Positions 59,268 to 64,000 of a DNA stretch of 64,000 nucleotides are shown piece by piece; the stretch's first letter is position 1, and each line of letters starts with the position of its first letter. A model generated the notes under the pieces. It was given only the letters and a program-made list of their open reading frames with translations, was not told the origin of the DNA and did not search any database. Location of the stretch: positions 736,001 to 800,000 of the forward strand of contig OY969585.1 in NCBI GenBank assembly GCA_963701295.1. The letters run 5' to 3'. A program made the position numbers and the translations under genes. Source of the DNA: Ignavibacteriota bacterium (GTDB lineage Bacteria > Bacteroidota > Ignavibacteria > UBA10030).

Positions 59268-59854
59268 AGCTCAACAAAATTTTTTAAGAGTTGTAATCCG
59301 ATCCTGCCTGATTTTTCCGGGTGAAACTGAACACCGTAATAATTCTTTTGCTGCAATGCTGATGTAAATTGCACTCCATACTCTGTCGTACCGATGGTCG
59401 CCGACACAATCGGTGCATAATAGGAATGAACAAAATAAAAATATTTGCCTGTAGCAATGCCCGCAAACAATGAACAATTTTCTTTATGTTGAACTTGATT
59501 CCACCCCATATGCGGCACTTTCAGAACTGATTGCTCACTGTTGAACCGTTCATTTGTACCTGTAAGTAAACCGAGACAATCGGTACTGCGCTCCGTTGTA
59601 CGATCAAACAGCAATTGCATTCCGAGACAGATTCCGAGAAATGGTACGTTCACTTCCTTCAGCCAATCCGTAAGACCAACGCGAGTCAGCGCATCCATCG
59701 CACTCCGGGCTTCACCAACTCCAGGAAAAATGAGTTTATCGGCTTTATTCAACTCATGGTGTTCATTGGAAATGAAATGCTGCACACTGAGACGATTGAG
59801 AGCATTGCTCACAGAGCGAATATTCCCGGCACCATATTCTATAATTCCAATCAA
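59261..59854 (-). CDS. hisH: Imidazole glycerol phosphate synthase glutaminase subunit
   Basis: YGAGN, FPGVG, GICLGMQ, PHMGWN, YFVHSY, QFHPEKS. Confidence 0.97.
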   Translation of the reverse strand: MIGIIEYGAGNIRSVSNALNRLSVQHFISNEHHELNKADKLIFPGVGEARSAMDALTRVGLTDWLKEVNVPFLGICLGMQLLFDRTTERSTDCLGLLTGTNERFNSEQSVLKVPHMGWNQVQHKENCSLFAGIATGKYFYFVHSYYAPIVSATIGTTEYGVQFTSALQQKNYYGVQFHPEKSGRIGLQLLKNFVELC

Positions 59855-59950
59855 TAAGTTCTCAACTTTTAGTAATCAGTTTTCAGTATCGAACATTTAA
59901 TTTATGAGTTTATTGTTTATCGTGAATCGCTAAATCGACAATCTTCATTC

Positions 59951-61042
59951 CTATAGCACTCCTTTTGTCGAGGGCAGCACATCCGCATTCTGTTCGTATT
60001 TTGTAACCGCCTGACGCAATGTGCGTGCTACCCCTTTGAAGATTGCTTCAATCTTATGGTGATCGTTTCTGCCAGTAACAGTGATATGGAGATTTGCGCG
60101 CAATCCATCTGCAAAAGCACGGAAGAAATCCTCTACCAGTTCGGTCGGAAACTCGCCAATTTTCTCACGCTCAAAAGACGCAGTGAACGAACAAAACGGA
60201 CGCCCGCCCAAATCCAAAGCCACCTCTGCCAAGGATTCGTCCATTGGCAGAAGAAATCCGTACCGCCCGATTCCGCGTTTATCGCCGAGTGCCTGCCAAA
60301 TTGCTTCACCCAGAGCAAGTCCCGTATCTTCGACACTGTGGTGTTCATCCACTTGAAGATCGCCCTTCACACGAATATTCATATCGATACCGGAATGTTT
60401 TGATAGCAAGGAGAGCATATGATCGAAGAATCCGATGCCGGAAGAAATATCGTAACTGCCTGTGCCATCTAAACTGACTTCTATAGAAATATTTGTTTCT
60501 GAAGTTGTGCGTTGAACGGTCGTTGAACGAGCTTGCTGTACTATGAAATTACATGCTTCTATAAATCTTTCCGTTTTAAAATCAGCTTTCGTCGATGCAT
60601 CCGTCGTTAAACGTACGGATTTGCATCCAATGTTTTGAGCAAGCTGAATATCTGTTTCACGATCTCCAAAGACAAACGAACAAGCAAGATTGACATTATT
60701 GGTTCGGATGAATTCGCTTACTAAACCGATTTTTGGTTTTCGGCAAGCACAAGTATCCTTAGAACTGTGAGGACATATGAACACTCCAGCAAACTGAATA
60801 CCTTCTCCGTTGAGCAGACCCATCAACTTCTTCTGAACAAGATCATAGGATTTCTGCGGATACGCCGCCGATCCAAGATTATCCTGATTCGATACCATCA
60901 CCAGCACATAACCGTATTTTTGAAGAAGCTGCAATCCATGAATGGCACCAGGAATCATTTCTAATTTCTCCAGTGTATCTATTTGCTCATCAGGCGGTTC
61001 GACAATAATAGTCCCGTCTCGATCAAGAAAGACAACGTTCAT
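59951..61042 (-). CDS. hisB: Bifunctional histidinol-phosphatase / IGP dehydratase
   Basis: FLDRDGT, CRKP, GDR; GFFDHML, DEHHSVED, PMDE, NDHHKIEA. Confidence 0.97.
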   Translation of the reverse strand: MNVVFLDRDGTIIVEPPDEQIDTLEKLEMIPGAIHGLQLLQKYGYVLVMVSNQDNLGSAAYPQKSYDLVQKKLMGLLNGEGIQFAGVFICPHSSKDTCACRKPKIGLVSEFIRTNNVNLACSFVFGDRETDIQLAQNIGCKSVRLTTDASTKADFKTERFIEACNFIVQQARSTTVQRTTSETNISIEVSLDGTGSYDISSGIGFFDHMLSLLSKHSGIDMNIRVKGDLQVDEHHSVEDTGLALGEAIWQALGDKRGIGRYGFLLPMDESLAEVALDLGGRPFCSFTASFEREKIGEFPTELVEDFFRAFADGLRANLHITVTGRNDHHKIEAIFKGVARTLRQAVTKYEQNADVLPSTKGVL

Positions 61043-62085
61043 GCATAGTACTCCTTCACTGCTTGAATAAGCATTTCGTTTTCACGGTGTGTACCGACGG
61101 TAATCCGCAGACAGTTTTCCAAGAGTGGCTCCGTGCTGCGATTACGAACAATAATATCCTTTCCAGCCAGAATACGATAGAGCGCTATTGCATCTGTGCA
61201 TCGGACAAGAATAAAGTTCGCATCCGTCGGATAAACTTTTTGAACACATAAGAGTTGGCCCAACTCCTCAAAGAGCCACTTGCGTTCCTGAATGATCGCA
61301 TCGACCGTTTGATGAACCTCGACTCCTTTACTCAGTGCTTGGAGAGTCGTGCGGCTTGTCAGTGCATTAATATTGTAAGGCGGCTTCACTTTCATCAGAT
61401 ATGAAATAATAAGCACATCCGCGATGCAATACCCAAGACGAATTCCTGCTAATCCCCAGGCTTTTGAAAGTGTACGAAGCACGATAAGATTCGAATGGTC
61501 GAGAACAAGTTTCGCCATAGACTCTGTTTGTGCAAAATCGATGTACGCCTCATCAACAACAACAATAGCTCCAAGTCTGCACAATGTTAAAATATCTTCA
61601 GCATGTAAAAGATTGGCAGTCGGATTATTCGGTGAACAACAGAAAATAAGTTTTGTAGTGGCGTCGACTGTTTTCTTTACTGTCTCAATATCAATTTGGA
61701 AATCCTCGGTCAGCAAACACGAACGAACTTGAACATCCTGGATAGAAGCGGCAACACGATACATGCCATAGGTCGGCTCTAACAATACAACGGAATCCCA
61801 TTTCGGTTCGCAAAACACACGAACGATCAAATCAATCACTTCATCAGATCCAACGCCGACAAACACATTCTCTAAAGCGACGTCATTCATCGCCGCGAGT
61901 ACCGTGCGAACTTCACGCTGATACGGATCGGGATAACGGTTCAAAGACAGATTATCGGCAGTGATGACGCTGCCGAAAGAATTTTCGTTTGCATCAAGCA
62001 GAATGCCCGAAATATAATCCTGCCGCGCGCTGTGATATGGTTTCAAAGCACGGATATTTTCGCGTATGAGCGATTCAATGTTCAT
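61039..62085 (-). CDS. hisC: Histidinol-phosphate aminotransferase
   Basis: DANEN, NRYPDP, GSDE, SPNNPT, DEAY, RTLSKAWGLAGIRLGY. Confidence 0.97.
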   Translation of the reverse strand: MNIESLIRENIRALKPYHSARQDYISGILLDANENSFGSVITADNLSLNRYPDPYQREVRTVLAAMNDVALENVFVGVGSDEVIDLIVRVFCEPKWDSVVLLEPTYGMYRVAASIQDVQVRSCLLTEDFQIDIETVKKTVDATTKLIFCCSPNNPTANLLHAEDILTLCRLGAIVVVDEAYIDFAQTESMAKLVLDHSNLIVLRTLSKAWGLAGIRLGYCIADVLIISYLMKVKPPYNINALTSRTTLQALSKGVEVHQTVDAIIQERKWLFEELGQLLCVQKVYPTDANFILVRCTDAIALYRILAGKDIIVRNRSTEPLLENCLRITVGTHRENEMLIQAVKEYYA

Positions 62086-62094
62086 GAAATCATC

Positions 62095-63387
62095 TCACTT
62101 GGATGAAAGTCGGGAAGTCACTGCACGTGCATGCGCTTGAAGACCTTCTGTGTCGGCAAAGGCAGTTAACGTAGATGCAATACCTTCAAGTCCTGATTTC
62201 GAAATAGATTGAAACGTAATATATTTCTGGAAACTATCAAGCGACACACCGCTTGCCCAGCGTGCTGTACCACCAGTCGGCAAAGTATGGTTCGTCCCGG
62301 AAGCATAATCACCTGCAGTGACCGGCGCAAATGATCCAACAAACACAGAACCGGCATGAGCGATAGATGGAACAATGGTCTCTGCATTACGAACGTTCAC
62401 GATGAGATGTTCAGGCGCATAGTCGTTAGAAAATTGAACTGCGGATCCTAGCGATTCAACAACAAGGATATAACTTCTCTCCAGTGATGCTGTAATGAAT
62501 GCACTGCGGGGAAATTCGGATACGCGTTGCGGCAAGATACGCAATACTTCTTTTGCCAAAGTTTCGCTGGTCGTGACAAGCACGGCTTGAGCATCTACAT
62601 CATGTTCGGCTTGTGAGATTAAATCATACGCGACAACATCCGGATTTGCTGCATCATCGGCAATAATGAGGACTTCGGACGGCCCTGCCAGTAAATCAAT
62701 CGCAGCACCATCAGGATCTATCGAAATAAATTGCTTTGCTGCTGCCACATAACGATTACCAGGACCGAAGATTTTGTCCACCTTAGGAATCGTCCCGGTT
62801 CCATACGCCATTGCTGCGATTGCCTGTACGCCTCCAACTTTATATACTTCATCGATTCCGATCATTGCCGCAGTCGCGAGTACGAACGGATCGACTGAGC
62901 CATTCACTTTCGGCGGCGAAGATAAGACAATTTGTTTACAACCAGCAAGCTTTGCGGGAATACCGAGCATTAATACTGTTGATGGTAACGGCGCTGAACC
63001 TGCGGGGACATATAAGCCAACCCGCTCAATGGAACGCGCTTCACGCCAACACGCAACTCCTTCCATGGTTTCTGTTTTCTGTATGCTGCATCGTTGAGAT
63101 TTATGGAACGTTTGGATATTCTTTGCAGCAATCGTTAGTGCACTCTTAAATTCGGGAGAAAGAGATCGTTTTGCTGATTCACATTCTTCCGCTGACACAC
63201 GAAATGCTTTCACTTCTGTCTTATCAAACTTCTTGCTATACTCACGCACGGCTATATCACCACGCCGTTTGATATCAAGACAGAGATTTTTAACGGTCGC
63301 ATCTGTCTCATGCTGAAATTGGCTTACACGCCGTAAAAGAGCGTGACGGTCTTCTTTTGTCAATTTATTTTCGAGAAAAATCTTCAT
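62095..63387 (-). CDS. hisD: Histidinol dehydrogenase
   Basis: GLYVPAG, GPGNRYV, AGPSE, QAEHD, YAPEHL, GDYASGTNHTLPT. Confidence 0.97.
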   Translation of the reverse strand: MKIFLENKLTKEDRHALLRRVSQFQHETDATVKNLCLDIKRRGDIAVREYSKKFDKTEVKAFRVSAEECESAKRSLSPEFKSALTIAAKNIQTFHKSQRCSIQKTETMEGVACWREARSIERVGLYVPAGSAPLPSTVLMLGIPAKLAGCKQIVLSSPPKVNGSVDPFVLATAAMIGIDEVYKVGGVQAIAAMAYGTGTIPKVDKIFGPGNRYVAAAKQFISIDPDGAAIDLLAGPSEVLIIADDAANPDVVAYDLISQAEHDVDAQAVLVTTSETLAKEVLRILPQRVSEFPRSAFITASLERSYILVVESLGSAVQFSNDYAPEHLIVNVRNAETIVPSIAHAGSVFVGSFAPVTAGDYASGTNHTLPTGGTARWASGVSLDSFQKYITFQSISKSGLEGIASTLTAFADTEGLQAHARAVTSRLSSK

Positions 63388-64000
63388 CGGATAATGGTTT
63401 CAATCGGTACAACAATGATATCGCTGGCACCTGCTTTTTTGAGTTTCTCCATGACATCCCAAAATACATCTTCTGCTACCACTGTATGAATGGCAACCAT
63501 GCCTGCTTGAGCAAGAGGTACCACTGTCGGACTTTTCAAACTCGGTATAACACGTTTCAATTTCTGGACCGAATCGGAAGGTGCGTTCATCATAAGATAA
63601 CGTTTCCCACGCGCTTCCTGAGAACCACGCACACGAATCATCAATCGGTCAACCAGTGTCCGCTTCTTTTTGTCGCGTATTGCTGCCCGATTCGCTACCA
63701 ACACCGCCTGCGATTCTAACACAGAGCAGAGTGTACGCAAGCCATTCATCTTTGCTGTCGTTCCGGTTGAGACAATGTCGCAGATGACATCGGCAACGTT
63801 GAGACTGGGCGCTAATTCTACCGAACCGCTGAGTTCGATAATCTCAGCTTTCACTTTATTTGCTTTAAGAAAGGACTTGAGAATAACGGGATAAGTCGTA
63901 CCAATGCGCTTACCCTTCAGATCGGACACTTTACGAACAGACGACCGCTGTGGCACACTGATCATCAGTTTACACCCTCCGAATCCAAGCGACGCAAGTG
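63384..64000 (-). CDS. hisG: ATP phosphoribosyltransferase, long form (5' truncated by window edge)
   Basis: Frame open to the edge (LGFGGCKLM), TTYP, SGSVELAP, DIVSTGTT, C-terminal regulatory domain ending IIVVPIE. Confidence 0.96.
   Translation of the reverse strand, partial: LASLGFGGCKLMISVPQRSSVRKVSDLKGKRIGTTYPVILKSFLKANKVKAEIIELSGSVELAPSLNVADVICDIVSTGTTAKMNGLRTLCSVLESQAVLVANRAAIRDKKKRTLVDRLMIRVRGSQEARGKRYLMMNAPSDSVQKLKRVIPSLKSPTVVPLAQAGMVAIHTVVAEDVFWDVMEKLKKAGASDIIVVPIETIIR

Noticed and set aside
1-64000. CRISPR array, tRNA/rRNA, integrase, transposase or defence genes
   Set aside because: No regularly spaced repeats, cloverleaf motifs or matching ORFs were seen.

Overview
Chromosomal window from a Gram-negative, T9SS-using, fermentative bacterium. 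Three '(Q)N/SYPNPFNP' C-terminal sorting domains, several TonB-dependent receptors and a [FeFe]-hydrogenase suggest Bacteroidota/Ignavibacteria (inference). In order: a partial hybrid histidine kinase; a divergent TonB gene and ECF sigma/zinc-finger anti-sigma pair; a four-gene putative trans-envelope cAMP module (secreted Fn3-like protein, FecR-Ig protein, Ig-Ig-beta-barrel, CHASE2 adenylate cyclase); rseP and dxr; a TPR protein; a trimeric [FeFe]-hydrogenase whose NuoF/HydB subunit is fused to a permuted GltD-like NADP(H) domain; a NikR-linked TonB receptor/ECF/SAM-methyltransferase operon; TonB receptor-EamA-lysA; lemA-htpX-barrel-htpX; a CDF transporter; a LytS/LytTR pair with a direct-repeat operator ahead of two T9SS cargo genes; an ECF sigma, an M14 peptidase, two PAP2 phosphatases and a TonB receptor; pdxJ; an ACT protein; a large T9SS cargo with a long hydrophobic segment; and the his operon (G, D, C, B, H, A, F, IE). 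Four genes (tonB, barrel, one PAP2, hisF) are split by apparent single-base indels, most likely assembly errors. I saw no rRNA, tRNA, CRISPR array or intact transposase. All family assignments come from motif recognition by eye, not database searches.
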